Shown: positions 13,426-23,769 of the stretch, in pieces
How positions within the stretch are numbered: the first letter of the stretch is position 1
Layout: the number at the start of each line of letters is the position of its first letter
NCBI GenBank assembly: GCA_951406725.2
Contig: OX597814.1
Span: forward strand, 134,664,001-134,728,000
Length of the DNA stretch: 64,000 nucleotides
Reading direction: 5' to 3'
DNA from: Octopus vulgaris
Taxonomy: Eukaryota
Made by a program: the position numbers and the translations under genes
The notes under the pieces: model-generated
The model's input: only the letters and a program-made list of their open reading frames with translations
What the model was told of the DNA's origin: nothing
Database searches by the model: none

Positions 13426-13466
13426 ACTAGCATTATGACCCGTCGTTGCCGGGTCATAGTGCTAGT
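13426..13466. repeat. 41-bp hairpin with CTAG at both ends
   Basis: actagcattatgacccg-tcgttgc-cgggtcatagtgctagt; 16/17-bp arms. Confidence 0.8.
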
Positions 13467-13579
13467 GCATGTGTATACATATGTGTACATATTACATGTA
13501 CATCTATATATATACATTTACACATAAAATACAAAATACAAAGTTATATCTTGATATCGCTAGTGATAGCAATACTCAA

Positions 13580-14580
13580 AATATATAACAGACTGGAATT
13601 GTAGGCCCGTCTATTGCAATTTCGATCAATTGTATCTTGCCCTCCCTCTTGTATAGAAGTGTGGCAACAATCCAGCCTACCTCTACTTCTGGGGGGACAT
13701 TTTAAATTTTTATCCTGGATGTCCTACGTCCCAGATATAAAGGTAGAAATAAAATATTTCCACTTTGCAAGGTTCGAGTCGAGTACTCCCTTGCACGCTC
13801 TGTTGACTCGAACCTTGCTTCTATTGTGGCGAATTTACCGCCTCTGGTTAGATACTTGATATCTTTCGTAGTCGCACCAAGACACTTTTCGATGGTGCTT
13901 TCCTCCAGGTGTTCAAATCTTTTTTTTTCTCTACATTGTATACTTTATAGACAATAGTCTCTTCTTTAATTTAATTTTTTATTTCATTTGGTGGTGTTAT
14001 TCTAGATTCACCGTCTTTGTCGGTGATCAATCCGAAATAGGTTTGTATTTCTTCCATTTTAATTTTAATGAGTTCGCGCCCGCCGACGGCTGCAGCGAAA
14101 TTCATTTTTGAACTTTCTTCTATCAAAGGCATTTTAACAAAAATGCTTCCGTATAAACGGTGAAAATATTGTCAATTTCCCCAAACAGGGACACAATTCA
14201 ATTTTTAAACAATAACCAAAGCTCCTTCCCCCAAAGGGGGAGGGTTACGGTTTACAATTATTTAACAAATGCAACACAACAACGTTTCCCTTTCGAGGAA
14301 CCAACAAACGTGATAACAATAGTGAAACAGTAATAATAATAACAACAAACCTTACGGTGAATCAAAAAGCAGTACGCAGTTGAAGCTATAGTCCTTTATG
14401 TATAAGAAATAAACCAACTGCAGTACTCAGTAGAAGCGGCTGTTCGAGAAAACAGACATTACATACAGCCAATCTTCACATAGATACTTAATGCTAGCTA
14501 ATTAGCAGATAATCTAATGTAAAAGCCGTGGCAAAAGGTATGTGCACAGCTCCATCTGGACTATTCCATTTCTGCACACT
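13580..14580 (-). mobile_element. L1/Tx1-type LINE 5' region with an ORF1 remnant (ATG at 14132)
   Basis: Manual translation MPLIEESSKMNFAAAVGG...LPLYLGRRTSRIKI*NVPPEVEVGWIVA (with stops and a frameshift) resembles a Tx1/L1 ORF1 N-terminus. Confidence 0.55.
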
Positions 14581-14739
14581 AATTTTATTTTTAATTTATT
14601 CCCATTCATGTGAAACCACTTGTTCAAGTCATTGAACCTCTACATACACCTCTACACACACATATATATATATTTATGTGTGTATATATATATATATATA
14701 TCTATGTATATATGTATGCATGTGTGTGTGTATATATAT

Positions 14740-15044
14740 CACCGTGATCACCGTGACCGACCAGACTATCAGATGTTGCTACACATCGCTGGTCACAATG
14801 CGCTTCGCATTGTTTTAGCCTTCAAATGACGCCACCCCACTGGCTAAGCAAGCAGGCCAACAGAAGAAAGAGTGAGAGAAAGTTGTGGTGAAAGAGTACA
14901 GCAGGGATCGCCACCACCCCAGAGCCTCATGGAGCTTAAGGTGTTTTCGCTCAATAAACACTCACAATGCCCGGTCTGGGAATCGAAACTGCGATCCTAC
15001 AACTGCGAGTCTGCTGCCCTAACCACTGGGCCATTGCACCTCCA
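14740..15044 (-). mobile_element. tRNA-derived SINE (third family)
   Basis: Reverse-complement head tggcccagtggttaggg...gtttcgattcc (A/B boxes); tail (tcacggtga)n. Confidence 0.85.
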
Positions 15045-15116
15045 CACACACACATATATATATATGTATATATGCATGTGTATATGTATACATATATATG
15101 TGTGTATATATATATA

Positions 15117-16204
15117 TCTACTACATATGTGGAAAATTGGTGTGTGTTTGTGGTGTTGTTAGGTAACTCCTCCTACATCATTTTATTGATTTTGATGAAA
15201 CTTGACACGTGAGTAGAACTCATGTCTGGAAACCTCATGGCATTCTTACAATGTTGAAAAAATCGATAATACAGCCCCTTCTATCTACCTCATATAACTA
15301 ATTTCTTTTTTTTAAACACCCAAGGAAAATAACCCATAGCACCTGCACAATATTTTTAAAACAGTCAAGGGAAGTAACCCATTTCATTGTTTATGTTCAA
15401 TTACTTTAAATATTGATTTTTGTGTGTGTCCTATTTCTAATCTTTGCAGACAATATCACTTTTATACTTTATTTGACACTTGAGTAGAATTCATGTCTGG
15501 AAACCTCGTGACATACTTAGATTGTTGAAAATATCAATAATAGATCATTCTATCTACTACATATTACTAATATTTTATTTAAACGACCCAAGCGAAACAA
15601 CCCATACCACCTGCAGATTTTAGCGAAGCGATCAATATTTGATTCTCACGATCAGCCGACCTAATTCTGCATTTCACTACTCAGTTTTGAGCTGCTAAAC
15701 ATTATTATTGCACTTCCTTAACTTGAATCTTAAACATTAATGACTTCATTCATACATTTCTATACATACATGCTTTTTTGAATACCCATTACTCCAATAA
15801 TTCTGCATTTTTACAGATACACTTTTTACATGATAGTAGATAAATTTTTTATTTCACAACATATTTATAGTGGCATCATGCAGGCATAGCATGGATTCGA
15901 TTCTTGATAGCCAAATTTCACTCAATACCTCAACAGCGCTTTTCTCACGGTAAAACAATAATTTTTCTGTGAATGACAGCAGTTATATATTTCCCAGATG
16001 CCTTCACAAAGCAGAATAATGTCTTTGCCTCTTGCCAACCTCCTACAATCTCTCCCTCCTCCAGCTGACAGTTTTTTGTACTTTTTAATGATGGAAAGTA
16101 CACCTTTTGTGGCTATTGTAATGAAATTGCTTTCTTATATCAGAGTAACGAGGTGTTTCAATAGAACATCTTTACCCCCGGGAATTACCAGGTACACCAG
16201 CTAG
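15117..16204 (+). mobile_element. Non-autonomous Helitron
   Basis: A|TC 5' end, CTAG|T 3' end preceded by a cccggg..ccagg hairpin, no TSD; internal ~150-bp direct repeat (15198/15471). Confidence 0.8.
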
Positions 16205-16280
16205 TGGGTGCTTTACTGGCAGTATATTGGATATATGTTATCCCATGGTAGGTTGCACTCACAACCCCTATCTCAATTTG

Positions 16281-16352
16281 TATATATATAGATGTATATT
16301 TATAGATATGTATGTAAATATGTATATATATTGATGTATATATATAGATTTA

Positions 16353-16396
<44 letters not shown>

Positions 16397-16482
16397 TGTA
16401 TATGTATATATATATATATATATATAGATGTATATGTATATATGTGTATATACAGATGTATATATATATGTATATGTACATA
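16281..16482. repeat. (TA)/(TATG)n microsatellite
   Basis: Direct inspection. Confidence 0.95.
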
Positions 16483-19459
16483 TTCTTTTCAGGTACACGA
16501 CACCACTGTCCCCCATCCCAGGGTCTCTAGGGCCCATACCTCCCACACCCTCAGGGATGGCACTCTTAACGTCGGCACACTGAAAGGTAGGTCTGGTGTT
16601 ATTGTTGAAATGCTTGAATGGAACGGAGATGTGTTGATATGTGCTGCATCCAAGAAGTATGGTGGAGAGGAGGTTCTGCTAGGTTCCTCACCAGCAAAGA
16701 ACACAGGTACAAGATTTTCTGGGCAGGGAACACTGATGGGGTTGGGGGTGTGGATATACTTCTTGCGGAGAAATGGGTAGATAAAGTAATTGAGGTTGTC
16801 AGAGTATGCGATAGAATACTTAAGATTAGATTAGTGCTACATCATGGGTTAGCAACCATTATCTCAGCCTATGCCCCTCAGCCAGGGCTACCCAATGGAC
16901 AGAAAGACCGATTCTATGACACCCTCTTGCAGAATATTGCGTTGACGAATGACAGGGACCTTCTCTTTGAGGCTGGCGACTTTAATGAACATGTTGGACA
17001 TGTCGGGGGCTTCCATAGCATACATGGAGGCTACGGTTTTGGCTCTCGCAACGAGGAGGGAACTAGGCTGCTGGAGTTCTGTGACGCAAATGATCTTATG
17101 GTTTGCAATACTAACTTCAGAAAACCTGCCAGCCACCTAGTCACCTACTGCTCTGGCAGACACACTAGTCAGATCAACTACATCCTCAGCAGAAAAAGGG
17201 AAAGATGGCTGCTTATAAATGCCAAAACCTTCCCAAGCAAAGAATGTACCCCACAACATAGACTAGTAGTTAGTGACTTCAGGATCAGGGCTAAATGGAT
17301 GCCCAGAAGACGACCAGCAATGTAAAGAAGGGTCTGGAGACTTAAAGATCCTGCAAATGGACAGAGATTTAGAGACATATTACTCGAAGCCTTTGACAAA
17401 ATAGAAGGGGATATAGGTTCACATGATATAGAAGACAACTGGAGGTTCCTACGGGACAACCTGCTAAGGGCCACTGACCAGATCTGTGGATGGTGCAAAG
17501 TTCCCTCCCTGCCACCAAAATAACGTGGTGGTGGAACAATGTTGTTGACAGACAAAAGAAACAGGCTTGGAAGGACTGGAAGAACAGTGGTTGCAGGGAA
17601 GTGTATCAGACTGCCAGGAGGGAAGCTATGAAGCAGGTTTACTTAGCTAGAGGGGAAGCAGATAAGAAAAAATTTGCCAGTGTTCTGCGCCGTGAGGACA
17701 AAAGACTTGAGGTATTTCGTGTTGCAAGACAGTGTGTGAGAGAGAATCATGACGTGGTAGGTGAGAAATGTGTTCACATGGATGATGGTTCATTTGCGTT
17801 GAATGAGGATGCAAAGAGAGAGGTTTGGAGACATCATTATGAAAGGTTGCTGAATAAGGAAAATGAATGGGATAAAGAGAGTCTGCCGAATGTCGACCCA
17901 GCAGAGGGACCAGCTATCTGAGTTGACAGTTCCTTAGCAGTTAAGGCAATTAGAAGCATGAAGACAGGGAAAGCCCCAGGCCCATCAGGAATTACTGCAG
18001 AGATGCTTAAAATATCTGGCAGTGTCGGCTATAGCCTAGTCATCCGTATAGTTAACCAGGTGATACACGAAGGAGTCATAACCAAAGACTGGTGTAGCAG
18101 CATAATAGTCAACTGCTACAAAGGTAAAGGTGACGCTTTAGATACAAATAATTACAGAGGTATCAAGCTGTTGGATCAGGTAATGAAGGTTACGGAGAGG
18201 GTCATAGCCCAACTGATTAGGAAGAGAGTCAGCTTGGATGAGATGCAGTTTGGTTTCATGCCAGAGAAAAGCACCACTGATGCCATATTTCTGGTAAGAC
18301 AGCTGCAGGAGAAATACCTAGCCAAAGATAAGCCCCTCTACCTGGATTTCGTTGATATGGAGAAAGCCTTTGACAGGGTCCCCTGATCCCTTATCTGGTG
18401 GTCAATGAGGAAACTAGTGATAGATAAATGGTTAGTGAGAGCTGTGCAAGCCATGTACAGGGATGCTGTAAATAAGGTGAGAGTTGGCAACGAGTACACT
18501 GAAAAATTCAGGGTAGGTGTAGGGGTCTACCAAGGTTCAGTCCTCAGCCCCCTCCTATTTATCATAGTCCTCCAGGCAATAACGGAGGAATTCAAGATGG
18601 GTTGTCCCTGGGAGATCCTATATGCTGATGACCTTGCTCCAATTGCTGAGTCACTATCAGAACTAGAGGCAAAGTTTCAAGTGTGGAAACAAGGATTAGA
18701 ATCAAAGGGCCTTAGAGTCAACCTAGCTAAAACCAAAGTCCTAATATGTAGGAAGGCAGGCAAACCACAAATTCCTTCAGGTAGATGGCCCTGCTTGATC
18801 TGTAGTAGATGCGTAGGTAGAAACTCTATAAGATGTACCCAGTGTAAGCCATGGACGCATAAGAGGTGCAGTAATATCAAAGGGAGGCTAACTGGGAAGT
18901 TTTTGTATGTGGCAGCTGCTCGGGAGCAATAAACACTGAAAATGTGCAGAGAACAACTTCTGCCTCATTCCAGGGAGAAAAACTAGAAGTAGTCGATAGC
19001 TTCTGTTACCTAGGTGACCAAGTCAGTGGCGGAGGTGGGTGCGCTGAAAGTGTAGCTGCTAGAATAAGAATAGCTTGGGCAAAGTTCAGAGAGCTCTTAC
19101 CTCTGCTGGTGACAAAAGGCCTCTCGCTCAGAGTAAAAGGTAGACTGTATGACGCTTGTGTACGAACAGCCATGCTACATGGCAGTGAAACATGGGCCAT
19201 GACTGCTGAGGACATGCGTAAGCTCGCAAGGAATGAAGCCAGTATGCTCCGATGGATGTGTAATGTCAGTGTGCATACTCGACTGAGTGTAACTACCTTG
19301 AGAGAAAAGTTGAACCTAAGAAACATCAGATGTGGTGTGCAAGAGAGACGACTGCGCTGGTATGGTCATGTGGCGAGAATGGATGAGGACAGCTGTGTGA
19401 AAAAGTGCCACAACCTAGCAGTTGAGGGAACCTGTGGAAGAGGTAGACCCAGGAAGACC
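16483..19459 (+). mobile_element. RTE LINE with APE and RT, degenerate, lacking the 3' UTR
   Basis: [27 protein letters not shown]; RT QFGF, DMEKAFD, QGSVLSP, YADD, FCYLG; multiple stops. Confidence 0.93.
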
Positions 19460-19614
19460 AGACTCTCCTCCCCACATTCATAATGTCTTTTATAATGGCT
19501 TCTCCAAGCCTCTTTCTTTTCCAAATTGTTAAAAGCAAGAGCGCCATCATCCATGCGAACACATTTCTCTCCTGTGACATCACAATTTTCTCTCACACAC
19601 TGTCTTGCAATCCA

Positions 19615-19615
<1 letters not shown>
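19460..19615 (-). mobile_element. Inverted internal RTE fragment
   Basis: [24 protein letters not shown] on the minus strand, fused to the end of the preceding LINE. Confidence 0.8.
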
Positions 19616-19830
<215 letters not shown>

Positions 19831-19834
19831 TATA

Positions 19835-20600
19835 TGTAGCAGGAGAAATTGATTAGAAAACAATAATATGAAATGTCGGAGTCATCAGTTGTAACGTTAA
19901 ATAATTTGTTGTTGTAATCGCATACTGTAGGATGTGAAAAATGAACAATGCATGAAGTTTTAAGAAAGTATTTATTTACCGTTACGTTACAAATGCCTTG
20001 CTTCGACGGGCAGGTTATGATAAATACAAAAGCATGTGAAGTAAAGTTTGTGTTTGTGTCCTCTTCACTGTTTAGTAGTAAATACAGAGAGATAGAATGA
20101 TGTTGTAAGAGAACAGAATTACAACTGGTGAGAGTTGTAGTGTGTGGGACGTTGTCTCACAGTTGCTGACAGTAAACTCCGTTTCTCCCTCTGACCAATG
20201 TTCTAGCTGGTCAGCCAGACTTCGTTGGGTCGTCACCATGTGACTGGACTCGTTGAGTCATCACCGACTGTGACTAACTGGTTGAGTGGTCACTAACTGA
20301 TTTTTGCTTGAGGTATTCTTGCTTTTATAACTATCCAGAAGGATAGATATATCATTGAGAACAATAGATTTAGCTGGTGGTCTTGTTATCTCTCTTCTAG
20401 CTTTTGGTGAAGTAAAAGAGGTTAGAAATGGTCAAGTGGTGAAGACATTAATTCAGCCGAGCTAAAGGCATCTGGAAAATGTAAAACCGCTGTCAGAGAA
20501 AAACCATTGTTCCACTGTGGGAAAAGTTCTGTTGTAGTGTTAATTTAAATTTGGCTATGGTGGATCGAATCCACTTCATGCAAGCAAGATCCACTATACC
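19835..20600 (-). mobile_element. Probable solo LTR
   Basis: Starts tgtagcagga and ends tccactatac(c), a weak TG..CA terminal inverted repeat; minus-strand TATA-like (~20325) and AATAAA-like (~19970) motifs; no ORF. Confidence 0.5.
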
Positions 20601-21015
20601 ATCATCATCATCGTTTAACATCCGCTTTCCATGCTAGCATGGGCTGGACGATTTGACTGAGGGCTGGCGAATCAGATGGCTGCACCAGGCTCCAATCTAG
20701 ATCTGGCAGAGTTTCTATAGCTGGATGCCCTTCCTAACGCCAACCACTCCGAGAGAGTAGTGGATGCTTTTTATGTGCCACCGGCATGCAGGCCAGTTAG
20801 GCTGTACTGGCAACGACCTCGCTCGAATGTTTTTTCACATGTCACTGGCACAAGTGCCAGTAAGACGACGTTGGTGATGATCATGCTTGAATAGTGCCTT
20901 TTACATGCCACCGGCACGGAAGCCAGTTGGCTGCTCTGGCAACGATCATGCTTAGATGGTGCTCTTAGCACCCCACTAGCATGAGGCACAAGTACCAGTA
21001 AGGTGATGCTGGTCA
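20600..21015 (-). mobile_element. RTE 3' UTR fragment
   Basis: (CAT)n, CCATGCTAGCATGG terminus and tandem units. Confidence 0.88.
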
Positions 21016-21064
21016 TATATATATATATATATATATAGATATAGATATATATATATATATACAT

Positions 21065-21096
<32 letters not shown>

Positions 21097-21243
21097 TAAA
21101 TGTAGAAAAATACAAACTGGGACAAGAACGTAAAACATTTAGAAGACGATACAAAAAACACGGATGGGACATTCGAAGCCTTCAATCTTCAGTCAAGAAC
21201 CGGATCATCCTCGCAATTTCGGCTTATATATATATATATATAT

Positions 21244-21660
21244 AGGCGCAGGAGTGGCTGTATGGTAAGTAGCTTGCTAACCAACCACATGGTTCCGGGT
21301 TCAGTCCCGCTGCATGGCATCTTGGGCAAGTGTCTTCTGCTATAGCTCCGGGTCGACCAATGCCTTGTGAGTGGATTTGGTAGATGGAAACTGAAAGAAG
21401 CCTGTCATATATATATATGTATATGTATGTGTGTGTGTGTGTTTGTGTGTCTGTGTTTGCCCCCCAAGCATTGCTTGACAACCGATGCTGGTGTGTTTAC
21501 GTCACCGTCACTTAGTGGTTCGGCAAAAGAGACCGATAGAATAAGTACTGGGCTTACAAAGAATAAGTCCCGGGGTCGATTTGCTTGACTAAAGGCGGTG
21601 CTCCAGCATGGCTGCAGTCAAATGACTGAAACAAGTAAAAGAGTAGAAGAGTAAAAGAGT
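21244..21660 (+). mobile_element. Full-length tRNA-derived SINE
   Basis: Same family as 6367; embedded in (TA)n. Confidence 0.9.
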
Positions 21661-21719
21661 ATATATATATATATAAATATATATAATATATACATACATA
21701 TATAGATATATACATTTAT

Positions 21720-21778
<59 letters not shown>

Positions 21779-21869
21779 CATACATACACACACATACATA
21801 TATATTTTGTTATACATAAATTATTGCGGCGTAACATAGACCTTGTTCTCTTATATATATATATGTATG

Positions 21870-22332
21870 TATGTAGAAAGTTGAAAAGGAACATGCAAGT
21901 TGATATGTAAATGGAAAAAAAGTCAAGGTAGAATATGCTAAAATAATTTTATCATAAAAAACATTTTAGTACCAGTTTCAGTCATTGAAACTTTTTCAAC
22001 TCTAAGTATGGAAAACGATTAAATTTTTGAAAACTTTATTGAAAAGTTTTTTAAAAGAATTTTTGCATAGTATTGAAATACAAGTGGAATTTTCCTTGTT
22101 TTTGCCTGTTTCTGTCTCTCTTGTTTACTCTTGTGGGTTTGAGACAGAAACAAGGAAAATGCCCTTTGTAGTTGAATACTATGCTAATATTCTTTTAAAA
22201 ACTTTTCATGCAATTCTTCCAAAATTTAATTGTTTTCCATACTTACAGTTGAAAAGTCTCAATGATTGAAACTGGTACTAAAATGCTTTTTATGATAAAA
22301 GTTTTAGCATTTTCTACATTGACTTTTTTTCC
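21870..22332. mobile_element. Palindromic Penelope-LTR-like element with hammerhead motifs (copy A)
   Basis: ~200-bp imperfect inverted arms; degenerate HHR folds at ~21968-22003 (-) and ~22246-22279 (+). Confidence 0.75.
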
Positions 22333-22357
22333 TTATATATAAATATATATATATATA

Positions 22358-22460
22358 GAAAAAAAAAGTCAAGGTAGAAAATGCTAAAATAATTTTATAT
22401 AAAACATTTCAGTACCGGTTTCAGTCATTGAGACTTTTTCAACTGTAAGTATGCAAATGA
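22358..22460 (-). mobile_element. Single arm of the same element (copy B)
   Basis: Near identical to the left arms of copies A and C. Confidence 0.8.
22410..22445 (-). ncRNA. Minimal type I hammerhead ribozyme motif, U3-A8 variant
   Basis: Minus strand CAG-UUGAAAA-AGUC-UCAAU-GACU-GAAA-CCGG-UA-CUG: stem I, core, stem II, GAAA, palindromic stem III, GUA site. Confidence 0.7.
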
Positions 22461-22674
22461 AACAACATGCAAAATAACAAAACTAAATATGTAAATAAAA
22501 TAAAAATAAAAAATAAATATATGAAAATAAATGAACAGAGCATTGTGTTATATAAAATTCAGAGGAAAACACTTATACTACTTTTGTTCTCAAATAATAG
22601 AAATTTTAGAAATTCAGGATATACTTACACTTATAGACTTAGTCTTTGTCAAGTGTGTGTTTGTGTGTGTGAGA

Positions 22675-23040
22675 TCATCATCATCATCATCGTCATCATT
22701 TAATGTCCGCTTTCCATGCTGGCATGGGTTGGACAGTTTGACTGGGGACTGGTGAGCCAGATGGCAACACCAGGCTCCAATTTGATCTGGCAGAGTTTCT
22801 ACAGCTGGATGCCCTTCCTAATGTCAACCACTCCGAGAATATAGTAGTTGCTTTTACGTGCCACTGGCACGAGGGCCAGTCAGGTGGTACTAGCAACGGC
22901 TGTGCTCAAATGGTGTTTTTACTTGTCATCTGCACAGGAGCCAGTCCAGTGGCACTGGCAATGCCCTTGCTCGAATGTTGTTTTTCACATACCACCAGCA
23001 CAAGTGCCAGTAAGGCGACACTGGTAATGATCACGCTCAA
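22675..23040 (-). mobile_element. RTE 3' UTR fragment
   Basis: (CAT)n tail and family terminus. Confidence 0.88.
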
Positions 23041-23169
23041 ATATATATATATTGTCTGACCGCTTATAAATATAAGTATATCCTGCGACCAGTGGTGTCA
23101 AATGGACGCCCGACGGACTGGTTGGTCAAGGTGATCAAGGTGATATATATATATATATATAGATAGATA

Positions 23170-23750
23170 TATGATGGTTGCTTCATCTTGACAGATGATA
23201 GCTGTCCCATCAACACACTCACCACACTGCATCACACAGCACAATCATTTCGTTGATGAGATCTCAGATGATTTTTAAGACCAGCTGCTAACTGACAGGG
23301 TTCAAAACACAAGTGACAGATATTATTCGAGTTTCTTCTTCATCTTTACCCTTTAGAATCTGATTCCAAAGGAATGTTTTTGTGAACTAGCATATGTCCT
23401 TTAGTTCAGATATTGTCTTGCAAATTTTGTGACATATGATACAAGTCGTAACAGGTGGTTGGTATTCAAGATTATAGCTACCTGGACATTTTGATTTTCG
23501 TGTGACTTCATATGATTCGCATATCCTGCTTTTGAGAACAGAACATGATCACACATAATTCATATCCAATGTTCTCTATTGATTTCAGTTCCAACTGTTC
23601 CTTTGTGACAAGCCCTTTTAAGCTCAGAATGCTGAATCATCATTTCCTCCATGGCATGTCAACCAGTCCTAACAGCACCTCTCCACTTGTTCCAATCCAA
23701 GAACATCGATTTTCCAGTTACTTTTGTTCATGTTGTATAGTACCCCTCCA
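23170..23750 (-). mobile_element. RTE LINE 3' end encoding three C2H2 zinc fingers
   Basis: Manual translation: KWRGAVR..QHSELKRACHKG; (C)IMCDHVLFSKAGYANHMKSH; CIICHKICKTISELKGHMLVH; CHLCFEPCQLAAGLKNHLRSH. Confidence 0.7.
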
Positions 23751-23769
23751 GTAAAAAGTGGTAGAAGCC

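Noticed and set aside
14960-15044. tRNA-like sequences at SINE heads as tRNA genes
   Set aside because: Continuous with SINE bodies, no clean cloverleaf or terminator
21096-21223. Minus-strand CTGAAGA...CGAAT as a hammerhead
   Set aside because: GAAA box imperfect and no consistent stems I-III
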